From Antechinus flavipes (taxonomy: Eukaryota): DNA of 64,000 bases. This document shows, in pieces, positions 26,171 through 37,233 of the stretch; the stretch's first letter is position 1, and every line of letters begins with the position of its first letter. Location: positions 507,532,001 through 507,596,000 of the forward strand of contig NC_067399.1 of the NCBI RefSeq assembly GCF_016432865.1, in the 5' to 3' direction. Both the position numbers and the translations under genes were made by a program. The notes beneath the pieces are model-generated. The model made no database searches. It was not told the origin of the DNA and was given only the letters and a program-made list of their open reading frames with translations.

Positions 26171-27609
26171 TTTGCAATAGTCTGGATGATAATGCAGCTG
26201 AAGACGCCTTCAAGTATTTTAAAACTATCTGAATGCTCTGGATATTTTTTAGTGGTAAACCCTAGATTTCCATTTTCAGATGAGTTAGTGCTGCAACTTT
26301 TCTCATTTAACCATGATGTTGATTTTCCATCTGATCTTGGGGATGATGGAGATGGGGAGACTTCACAATCAGAAATATAATGAACCCTAAATTAAAGCAA
26401 AGGAAGATTTACACACTTTAACAATTAAAAAAAAAGAATTTGAAATGCATGCAAAAACCAAAGATGCTGCTCAAGTGAGCTCATGGAAGTGGTGAAACAT
26501 CCTTAGAAATAATCTTTCTGTGTGGGAATGCCAGGGAAAATGGATTGAGTTCCAATCCTAGGTCTACATTTGGGTCTTTTCAAATTGGAAAGGTAAAAGA
26601 GAAAACTTAGCTTGCACTTCACCGAATATATTGGCAGCCCCTAAACCTTATCTTTCCTCTGAGAAGGGGATTAATTTCAAGTTACTTTACAGGATATTAT
26701 AGATTATTGGCCCTCTCTGGAGGCAAACCCAGGATTATCAGGCAAACTATTTTCATCTTGCTCTCTAGTCCCCTCCGGGAGAACAATTTCATTTTACTTA
26801 AGGATAGGGAACCAGGAAGTAAGGTGACCCCAGGGTAAGGCTGAATATAAAGCAGTTTCACAGATGTTAATAAAACTGTTAGAAATTGTATGTGTGTGTG
26901 CATGCATGTATGTATATATGTGTATATATACAAATATATGTTATATATAAACACATATGTATGTATATAAATTCAATTGGGAAATATTTATACACTGAAA
27001 TAGCAAGGAATGAAGCTCATATTTAACAGGATGATATACTCCTGGTAAATTGAGAAATTTACTTCAAATTCTTTGTCTTCTCTGTTTTGAAGTCATCCAT
27101 ATCTTGTACTTCACTAAGGACTATTTAGAAATAGATTTTCTGACTTATACTCATCTATTTCTCTTCTCTTATGCTTGTCACAAGTTTTTACTAAGTGCTT
27201 GCAGTCTCCTGTTAGGTTTGGCACATAAGGAAGCATGAACCATATTCCTTGCCTTTAAGTTGTTTGCAATCTGGATAGAGTGATAGGACTCATTCATAAA
27301 CATATAACTAATGATACCAAGAGCTACCCCATGTGGAAAAGCTATAGAAATGGGCCTTGAATCTTTAGAGAAACCATCAAAATATGGGATCAGATTTGAC
27401 TGTACAAGGAAATGGAAAAGGGCAGGGAATTTTTGTTATGATGACATGAACCTCTTTTAGTTTACAGAATAGTGCATTCAATATGAGAAGGGATCATATT
27501 ATACCAAATACTTAGCATGGGATAAGTATGTTAGAGGTAGGATGCCTTGGGGCAGAAGAGAAGTCAGGATCAGGTCAGTAAAAGTTGAAGAGAAGTGGGT
27601 TGAGCTGGA

Positions 27610-27805
27610 TTTAAGGTGAAAGTGCCTAACAATTGAAGCTCTTTCAAAGTAGAATAAGCTGCCTTGGGAGGTTGTGAGTTCCTTGACTCTAAAGGTCTTT
27701 AGGTAAAGGCTGAATGACTATTTGTTGAGAATGGTTAAAGGAAATTCCTATTCAGGCAGGATTTGATCTAAGTGTCTGCTAATTTACCTTCCAATTTTGA
27801 GAATA
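27610..27805 (+). mobile_element. L3/CR1 3' end
   Basis: aagctgccttgggaggttgtgagttccttgactctaaaggtcttt…aatttaccttccaattttgag. Confidence 0.6.
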
Positions 27806-28424
27806 TAATTTTAAGGTATTTTGGAATCACATCTAAAGAGTTTTGGATCCTAAAGGAGACAATACTTTCCTAATACCTCAGTATTTTTTAGCTCAGGCAT
27901 TTAAAGCACTCGGGCTATGAAAGTGAATTTATTGCCCTTCTGTGAACCAATAAGATTGACTCATTTCTTCCCGCACATAGATTTTGAAACCTAATCCTAA
28001 ACAGTCATCTCATCAGTAGGTGCCCTGGTCGTAAAAGGACCAAAAGAAAGAGTGACTATCTCCTCTCTCTCACCCATGATTTTTTTTTTACCTATACACA
28101 AAAATACTTTGTTTATAGCACCTGCAACCTCATCATTATCTTTGTTGACTGTATTACCCTTTCTCAGCTTTGCTTTACAATATACCTTTGGTAGGAACAG
28201 TTAGTTCAACTCCAAATGCTTCCTCTGGATGAATGATGCTATAAACCAGAAACTCTGCCCAGTGATAGGGGAGAAGAGGCTTTTTGAAGGCACATGGGGT
28301 AAGAGGACATTACATGGAGGAAGAGAGTTAGAAAAAGAAATAGAGGAAATTCAGAAGAGAGGCTTCCCTGAAACCACAGTATCTTAGCTGCTTTTGTTAA
28401 CATGTTCCTTATATCACTGAAACA

Positions 28425-28660
28425 GGGAGGTGGATAGAATGCTGGTCTGTTAGTCAAAAAGACCTCAATTCAAATTCTACCTCAGATACTTCCTAACTGT
28501 ATGATCCTGGGCAAGTCATAGAGTTTCATTTTTCCCTTTGCAAAATTGAGATGATAACAGTACATACCTCTCAGAGTTGTAAAGATTAGCTGAGACAACT
28601 TTTGTAAAATACTTTGCAAACCTTAACACATCGTATAAATGCTAGTTATAGTTGTTATTG
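28425..28660 (+). mobile_element. MIR/MAR-type CORE-SINE (one of many decayed copies; others at about 3684-3880, 32190-32330, 60400-60640)
   Basis: tRNA-like head (ggatagaatgctgg…agacctcaattcaaat), core gggcaagtca, MIR-like tail. Confidence 0.7.
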
Positions 28661-29465
28661 AATATCCATCTCATAGAAATAAAAATAACTACCATTTATA
28701 TAATAATTTAAGTTTAGCCAAGCACTTTATAAATATTATCATAAACATTATAATAACCCCATAAGATATGTGCTATCGTTATTCCCATCTGTAAAAGGGG
28801 AATAATGGAGCAGACAGAAGTGACTTTCTCAGGTCCACAGAACTTTAAGTATCTGAAGCTAGATTTGAACTTGAGTCTTTCAGACTACCAGTTCATTGTT
28901 GTATGCATTATACCAGCTAGTTTCTCCTTTCTACTAGCCCATTATAATGGAAAGCATACTGGGCTGTCTGTAGAGAATCATTCAGATTAAATCTACTGTT
29001 TATTATGTAGTAATGTTATAACCACAGGAAAATCACTTAATCTTTCTAAGCTTGAAGAATGAAAGAATGAGGATACTGGATGAGTTTAGGTCTGAGATTC
29101 TTTATGGCTTTAAATCTATGATCCCATGATCATTTGGTTCTTCCTTGGTAAACTGGGAATAAAAATACCTGTAGAGGCAAGGTAACTAATGGCTAGAGGG
29201 CTGAGCATGCTTTCAAGAAAAGCTGACTCCTAATCTCCCTTTTGACATTTCCTATGGGGAAGGGGGCCTGAACAAGTCATTTATACTCTCTAAATGCCTT
29301 GGGCACCAATTAGGATTTCTCTCCTAAATTAGGGGTTTTGATAGAAGTATCTTCCTTCATGCTTACCAAATGAGATATTGTTTTCTAAAGCTTAAAACAC
29401 CATCTAAATGTCAACCATTATTCACAGCTTTTCCCCATCTCTCTCTTTCTTTCTTTTTTTTCTAG

Positions 29466-29639
<174 letters not shown>

Positions 29640-32600
29640 TAGCATTTTTAAGAATCTCTGAGTATCAAAGTATCTCTGAGATCTCATTTGCATCCATGTT
29701 CATACAGATGAATACATAAGAACACACTTCATATCCTCTTAACATCCTTAGGGATTTGAGTATCTCTGAGATGTCAGATACATTTGGACTTAGGTATAGC
29801 AGTAGCACATTTTTTTTGGAATCTGGAGAGGAATGACTTACAGTTAGTAACAATATGCAACAATTAAGGTTTCCTAGGGGAAAAAAAACCCCACTGACTT
29901 TGAATTCAAAAGACCCAAATTTGAAATCGTACTATATAATAGAATCAATATATGATATTAAATGAGTTACTTTTACTTTCTGTGCCTCAGTTTCCTCATC
30001 TTTAAAATAAAAGATTAACAAGAGTCTATCTCTTAAGATTCTTTTCAGCTATAAATCTTATGGTCCTGTGAAAATCTGTGTTTATCCAAGTGATAAATTA
30101 TGGGGTGACAAGTCACTCAAAAAGAGGTGTCTTCACATTAAAAAAAAAGATTTATGAGAGATTGAACTTAAATAGCAAGTTCTTCCCAATACATTTTTAA
30201 TTGGGCCCAGTGATGCCATAACACCATGAGGGTGAAGCTCAGAATTCTGGTCTGATGCTTGTTAGTTACAGCACTTGCCACAGTAGATTTGTATGGAAAG
30301 TGCTCTAAATTTTCAAGCACTTATAGAATTTTGAGGGGCTTTTTTTTGATAGATAAATTTTAAGTACAAAATGATAGATCTTAAGTAAAATAGGGATTTC
30401 CTAGTCATAATTTCGATCAGCTTCCTTGTTACTCAAGGGGTTGTTTATCAACAGAAAAAAGTAAGAACACAACCTAGGAGCCAGGAGAAACTCAACAAAT
30501 GCCTATCAGAGAGACTAAAACATATTCGAAATACAACAACAAAACAGGCATTCTTGTGTGTTGGTGTTCAAAGATATGTCAGTCGATAAGCCCTTGTTGA
30601 CTGTTATGTTTGTGTCCTTACAACCCTTCACAATTCTACTTCCTCTACACATTTTCCATAATTGTAACTTATATGAAGATTAAAGAAAAAAGAGCAGAAG
30701 TTTCTATGAGAATGTTTAGCTGCTTGGGAATGAGATTAGTTTCCTAAATTTTGGATCTGGAAGAAATATTAAAGATCATCTAGTTCAATTATTTCATTTT
30801 TTTCAGAAGAGAAAACTGAGATCTAGAGATATGAATGTCTTAACCAAGGTTGTAGCTATAGTCAGGAGCAGAACCATAATGAAAACCCTTATCTAATTTA
30901 AAATCTACTTCATAAAGCCTCTAAAATTGAATTTAGAACCTGCAAGTTATTTTTCTCTCCCCCTTCTTCCTGATTTCCATATTCCTCACTAACCAGGACA
31001 CAACAAAGGGTCATTTGTCCAGATCCATGGATCTGAAAATAGGGGCCTAAGTAAAAAATCATTTTGCATTTCCAACAAATCTCCAAAGCCTGAAGAAAAT
31101 GTTGTCACCCAGATGGGTGAGTGCTTCTGAATTCCATAGTTGGAAAAAATAGTCAATACCTCATGGAAAATTGCGAGAAGTTTTCTGTTTTAGAAACAAA
31201 TCCAACTAAGCAATCTTATTCCACCTATCTTATATTCCTTTTCCTTTCCACAATCTATGATGGCAGCCCTAGGCCTAAGCATTAAAGATACGCTAGTTGA
31301 TTAATTGATCAAAGACATTTTTTAGGACTTTATAATATTATCACAAAATAAATATTAAATTCTTATACATATGAACACTGTAGTATGAGAGATTGTGGAA
31401 CAACAAAGTTTCATGGGAGATAAAAATTTTATTTAAGACATGTCTCTGCCTTTAGGAACCTTAGAACAACATAGATGATGGTAATGTAGAAGATTCTATA
31501 GTAAAAGTCTAGAGTAGAGGTAATGGTTTTTGGAGAGATAAAAATCACTGGAATAATTTTTAAGCATCTTTATAAGTTATAAACCAATTAAGCATTAACA
31601 CTTCTTGACATCCCTCTAAATTCCTTCCCACTCTTTATCAATGAATATGTATATTTTTATAGCCAAACCCAGTATGTGTATATATATATAATATATATAT
31701 GTTTATCTTATATTTTTTTCACTCTTAACAATTTTTAGATGTCTTCAAGTTTTGTAAGATAGTCCATTCTATTATTGAATATCTCTGATTGGCATACAAA
31801 TTCCTTAGATTGAGCTAAAATTTAAATCTCCCATCTTAGAACTTGGGCCTAGTTATTTCCTTAGAATTAATGTAGAATAAATCTCCTTGGACACATTCTA
31901 TCTTGTCAAGGTTCCAGCCCTTACATAATAATTTGCATGTAAGAGACACTTAATAAATGCTTATTGAATTAAGTCAAATGTACCTCATGAAAATGTGGTG
32001 CTGAGAATTAAATGTACTACTCTCAATAAAGTTTGACCAAGGCATAAGTCTTCTAAATAGTTTCCTGTTCACTAGAAATTTTTTAATCAAAAGAGAATTA
32101 CTTATAAAAACCAAGTGAAATACACCTATACACACATTGAATGGATAGATAGATATAGACAGATAGATAGATAGGAATATCCATCAAGAACATGGTGCAA
32201 TGGATAGAGTGCTGGGCTTTGGCAATAAGGAGACCTGGATGTGAATCCCACTTTAGATCTTTACTTTGTATGTAATACCAAGCAAATTATCTATTCAGAC
32301 CTTAGTTTCTTCATCTATAAAATTACATATCTGGGAGTCAGAGACTCTTACAGTTCAAAATGATTCACAAGAGAATGAACATAAAATGGCAAGTTCTTTT
32401 GGGCTCAGTGATGCCATGGAACCTTAGGATGAGGGTCAGAGTTCCAGGTCTGCCACTTCCTAGTTATGAGACTGAGCCAGTAACTGTATTATTCAAAGGC
32501 TTAATCTGTAAAAATGAGGAAAATAGTATTTATGATCTTATGATCCTATGATTCTCAAATCCTGTGAAAGGGCCTATGTCCAACTCCAAGCTCTGTTTTA

Positions 32601-32876
32601 AAAGCACAAGATTTGATTTCATGTTGCTTATGTTTATAACTTCATGTTTATAGTTCCTATTTTTTCATATGATAAATATTAATTATCATTTGTAAGTATA
32701 AATTTATTTAAAGTTTTTTACTCCCCTCCCCCCCACCAATCTTCAGCAAACCCTTGCCCTTTCTAAAACAATTACAATAACTAAAAAGAAAAAAAAACCT
32801 TGTTTTTAAAAATTCTCTAAAGATGTCTCTTCTAGAAGATCTCATCTTCTCAAAGTCTTCTATGATTTCTTTGCAG

Positions 32877-33014
32877 TATCCAGAAGGAGATGGAGATGGT
32901 GAGACATATTACTATGAATATCCGTACTATGAAGACCCTGATGACCCCGGAAAAGCCCCAACCCCCACTAAAAAGCCTGTTGAAGCTGCTGGAGAAGCTA
33001 CGGAAATTGCTGAG
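32877..33014 (+). CDS. COL5A1: COL5A1 exon 6 (138 nt): [46 protein letters not shown]
   Basis: ttgcag|TAT acceptor and GAG|gtatgg donor; lies inside ORF 32823..33071; matches the human acidic Tyr-rich exon 6. Confidence 0.97.
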
Positions 33015-33534
33015 GTATGGACGACATGGATGGAGAAGTACAGATCTGTTTTCTCTCTCATTTTTGTTTAGAGTTTCTTGAGCAGTGGGTTCTAAAAATT
33101 CTGGAGACCTAAGCACAAAGTGAAGAGAGTTTGAATAAACCAAAAACTTGACTTAGGTGTAAAGCTGGTGAGTACATGTTGGCTGGTTGGCCCATTTGAT
33201 AGAAATTGTGATATTTGTTAGCTATATGCTTTTATTCTTGTACCAGTGAAATGGTTTAGCCTAGAGTTATACAGGATTAGGTTTGAGATGAGGTAGGAAA
33301 GAGAAAAAGGACAACAGTGATTGTTTTGGATATGATTTAGCCAGTGGGGTTATAAAGTTCATATGAAAGAATGCATGCAAAACACTTTAAAAACCTTAAA
33401 ATATAATATAAATTCCTATTAGTTATTATTAGTATTATTATCCTATCATCATAAGGCCTTCAATCTAGTAATGATTTCTTTCCCCAGCCTTCTATTATAT
33501 TACTGCTCAGTTCAGGCATTGTTTATAGATCAAT

Positions 33535-33748
33535 ACAAGGTGTGTTGGTAAATATTTAACAACTGAGCTCTCTGGAAGGAAAAAAAAAAGAAGCCCACAC
33601 AATCTTAAATGTAATTTGCATTATTAAGACTTTCTTAGCTCTAGACAATCAAGAAAACAATAAAGCAACCCCAGATTTGTAGCAAAAATGCTCACCCTGA
33701 AAATTACACAGTCCCATAGGCCATTGGATATAACTCCAGCACACATGA
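33535..33748 (-). mobile_element. About 240-bp marsupial TIR element, copy 2
   Basis: Inverted ends TGTGTTGG (33541) and CCAGCACA (33737); body is the reverse complement of 2193-2443. Confidence 0.7.
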
Positions 33749-34471
33749 GGATTTAACTCAGTCTATCAAAATCCATGTAATAAATAACAAGTGAAAGTGA
33801 TGTGGGGTTCTGTGATTAAAAAGTGTTGTAAAGAGTCCCACAATGGAAGTCAGGATTGTGTTGTATTTAGTCTTGGTTCTGCCAGGAGTAAAATAACTAT
33901 ATTTTAGCATGTTGAGAAGTCCTTTCTCTTTTCTAGGACTCATTTTTCTCCCACCATCTTATAAAATGAAGAAACTGAGCAAAATATCTGAGTCCTAGAT
34001 CAGGTTGAATATTCTTTGGTTTTTCAATTAAAAAATGGTACCCACAATAAGCATTTCTATGGTTAAGCTAGAGAACATTCCATCCCCACCTGTCTAATCT
34101 CCTGCTCACTGAGCTGTTTGAGCAATTGTGCTGTTGAAACAGCTAGGTGCTGCAGTGGAGTTCAAGTCTAGCTTCAGATTTCTGCCTATCTCAGTTTCTT
34201 CCACTGTAAAAAAAAAGGGGGGGGCAGTAATAATAGCACATATTTTTCAAGGATGTTGTGAGAAATAATCATGAAGCACTCAGCACAACGCCTGGCCCAT
34301 AGTAGGTACTTTATAAATGCTCCCTCTCTCCCTCCCTTTGCATTATCATTGGAAAGGCAACAATTTGTGATTTTTTAAACGCCAGTTCTCTGAGTCATAC
34401 CTCAGAGACTCTTAATGTCTCTTGCATGTGCTTTTCGGGTAACTGTATTTTGATATGTGCCTGGCTCTTAG

Positions 34472-34711
34472 GAGCAGACTCCACCACCGACAGATGCCCC
34501 ACCAGTCCCTGAAACCAATGAAAGGGATGACAAAGAAGATCCAAACCTAGGAGGGAGTGACTATGATTATGGACCCATCAATGAAGAATACTACACACCA
34601 CCTCCTTATGAAGACATCTACGATGGAATTGATAACCCCGACCAGCCCACTGACACTGTTGGAGGAGCTGAGATTCCTACCAGCACTGTTATCATCACCA
34701 ACTCCACTAAT
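34472..34711 (+). CDS. COL5A1: COL5A1 exon 7 (240 nt): EQTPPPTDAPPVPETNERDDKEDPNLGGSDYDYGPINEEYYTPPPYEDIYDGIDNPDQPTDTVGGAEIPTSTVIITNSTN
   Basis: ctcttag|GAG acceptor and AAT|gtaact donor; 80 open codons; retains the DYDY, YYTP, NPDQPTD and AEIPTST motifs of human exon 7. Confidence 0.95.
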
Positions 34712-35133
34712 GTAACTTTTGTTCCATTATTTTTCAATATGGTTCAGCAGAGGGGGAGATGGCTAGTCTCATATATGGGGGAAAAACAGTGGTTTAGTAG
34801 AAAATAGCCTAGATTGGTAATTAAACTATCTGGGTGCTAGATTTGGCGCTGTCATTGATTCATACTATTATGACCTTGAATAATTCATATGCTTCAACTC
34901 TCTCCTATATAAAATAGAAAAAATGAACCAGTCCTCCATATAGCTATGTGTAAAGCACTTTGTAAATCTTAAAGTTTATACAAATATGTTATTGTCAAGA
35001 GCAAATGTGATAACATATGAGAAAATGCCTAGAAAAATCAAGGACTATATTAATGTAGTATCAATACAGGTATTATTGGAATCCATATTATTATTGTTAG
35101 AATGATTGTTTTTAACATGAGAAAGAGACATGA

Positions 35134-36190
35134 GAGGCAGAATAGTACAATAAAAAGAGAATGGATTTGTAGCTCAGCCTATAGTTAATCTAGAGGCTGG
35201 TGTATCCTGTCTTGGCCACTCACTGCCGAGACTTTGAAAAAGTCCCTTAATAAAAGGTATTAATGGAATCAATATTAATAATGTTAGGATAAATACTTTT
35301 TACATTGGAGGCAGGATGGTACAATAGAAAGAGAATGGATTTGTAGATTAGCCTATAGCTAAGATTTTTTTTTTAAATTAAAGCTTTTTAGGTACAAAGC
35401 ATATGCATGGGTAATTTTTCCAACATTGACCCTTGCAAAACTTTTTGTTCCAAATGTTCCCCTCCTTCCTTCCATCGCCTCTCCTAGCTGACAGGTAGTC
35501 CAATACATGTTAAATATGTTGGAATACATGTTAGATCCAATATTTGTATACATATTTATACAGTTATCTTGTTGCAAAGGAAAAATCAGATCAAAAAGGG
35601 AGAAAAAGAAAAACTGAGAAAGAAAACAAAATGAAAGCAAATAACAGCAGAGAGAGTGAGAATGCTATGTTGTGGTCCACACTCAGTTCCCACAGGTCTC
35701 TGTGGTGTAGATGGCTCTTTTCGTCACTGAACAAGTGGAAATAGTTTGAGTCATCTCATTGTTGAAGAGAGCCATGTCTATTAGAATTGATCGTTGTATA
35801 ATCTTGTATAATGATCTCCTGGTTCTGCTTATTTCACTTAATATCAGTTCATGTAGGTCTCTCGAAGCCTCTCTGAAATCATCCTGCTGGTCTTTCTCAC
35901 AGAACAATAATATTCCATAGCATTCATATACTCTAATTTATTCAGCCATTCTCCAGTTGATGGGCATCCACTCAGTTTCCAGTTTCTTGCCACTGCAAAG
36001 AGGGCTGCCACAAACATTTTGGCACATGTGGGTCCCTTTCCCTGTAGAGGCTGGTGTATCCTGCTTCTGCCACTCACTACCTGTGAGACTTTAAACAAGT
36101 CCCTTAACCTCTCAGGGTCTCGGTTTCTTCATTTGTAAAATGAGGTGGTTGGGCAAGTTGACTTTGAGATCCCTTCCAGTTCTAGAGATG
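35134..36190 (+). mobile_element. Tandemly duplicated MIR-type SINE head (35134-35250; second copy 35308-35363 plus 36043-36190) split by an L1
   Basis: Both copies share gaggcag…tacaata…aagagaatggatttgtag…gcctatag.taa…tagaggctggtgtatcctg. Confidence 0.75.
35364..36042 (-). mobile_element. Relatively young 5'-truncated L1 (ORF2 C-terminus, 3' UTR, poly-A)
   Basis: ORF 35844..36098 KGPTCAKMFVAALFAVARNWKLSGCPSTGEWLNKLEYMNAMEYYCSV; poly-T at 35365-35374. Confidence 0.92.
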
Positions 36191-36617
36191 TGAGTTCTAA
36201 TATCCTGCTTCTCTTTCAATGCAAAGACAAATGCCTCTGGAGTTGCTTTTTTTTTTTTTTTTTTTTTTGCCTTTCTAAGTATTGTTTCATACCTATAAAA
36301 TGAGGGAGTTAGATCAGATGACCTCCAAGTTTACTTCCAGCTCTGATATTTTATAAATTTATGTATGCCTATGGCATCAGAAAGTGCTAAGAATTATATA
36401 ATAGTTTACCTATAACTACTCTTAATAAAATTTTTCTAATTGAATCATTTTCTTGGGGATAGAGTGTCTTCTCTTGGACAGTGTAGTCATCATTCATGAG
36501 CTTCTCTATTCCCATCTCCATTGATGCAACTCCTGAGGTTGTGTGATCTGTAGAAAGTGCTCTGAATGTACTGATTGCTCTTTCTAATTCCTATATTTTC
36601 CATATTGCTTTCTTTAG

Positions 36618-36788
36618 ACTGGACCATTTCCAGACCCAGATCAAGGGAAAGATGACATAGACAATGATTTTGCTGTGGAAACTATTAAAGACCTTGATAA
36701 TTACTATGATCCCTATTTTGATCCCACCATCTCCCCATCAGAGATTGGACCAGGGATGCCTGCAAACCAAGATACCATCTATGAAGGG
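36618..36788 (+). CDS. COL5A1: COL5A1 exon 8 (171 nt): [57 protein letters not shown]
   Basis: ctttag|ACT acceptor and GGG|gtgaga donor; 57 codons; C-terminal [19 protein letters not shown] identical to human. Confidence 0.96.
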
Positions 36789-37176
36789 GTGAGAATGCCA
36801 TATAATTATTCCTGAGTATTCTGTAGGATAAAATCACACTTTACTGCCTGAACTCTGTTCCTTATATTTTTCTTCAGAAAAGACCATATGTGTGTGTATG
36901 TGTATATATACATATATTTTATATAAAGTCTATGTAATTATATATAATAAAATAGATATGTACACACATATATATTTATTATAACATATATTCTCAAGTA
37001 TATCACATTAAATATTGAGCTTTCTGAGTCACAAACATAGACCTCTACTGTTAAGCATTTCCTTTTATTTGCCTTGTAAAACAGACCCCATTGTACAGCC
37101 ATATAAAAGAGCTTTATAGACAGCATTTTATTTCATCTGTATGTGTTTCTGTGTGTATGCCTTTTCCATATTCTAG

Positions 37177-37233
37177 ATTGGAGGACCTCGAGGTGAGAAA
37201 GGACAAAAAGGAGAGCCTGCAATCATTGAGCCG
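37177..37233 (+). CDS. COL5A1: COL5A1 exon 9 (57 nt): IGGPRGEKGQKGEPAIIEP
   Basis: ttctag|ATT acceptor and CCG|gtaagc donor; identical to the recalled human peptide. Confidence 0.97.

Noticed and set aside
26340-26365. GATGGAGATGGGGAGAC (DGDGET) matching exon 6 at 16 of 17 nt
   Set aside because: A short, low-complexity match expected by chance. The nearby acceptor gives ATG AGT TAG, and there is no flanking homology.
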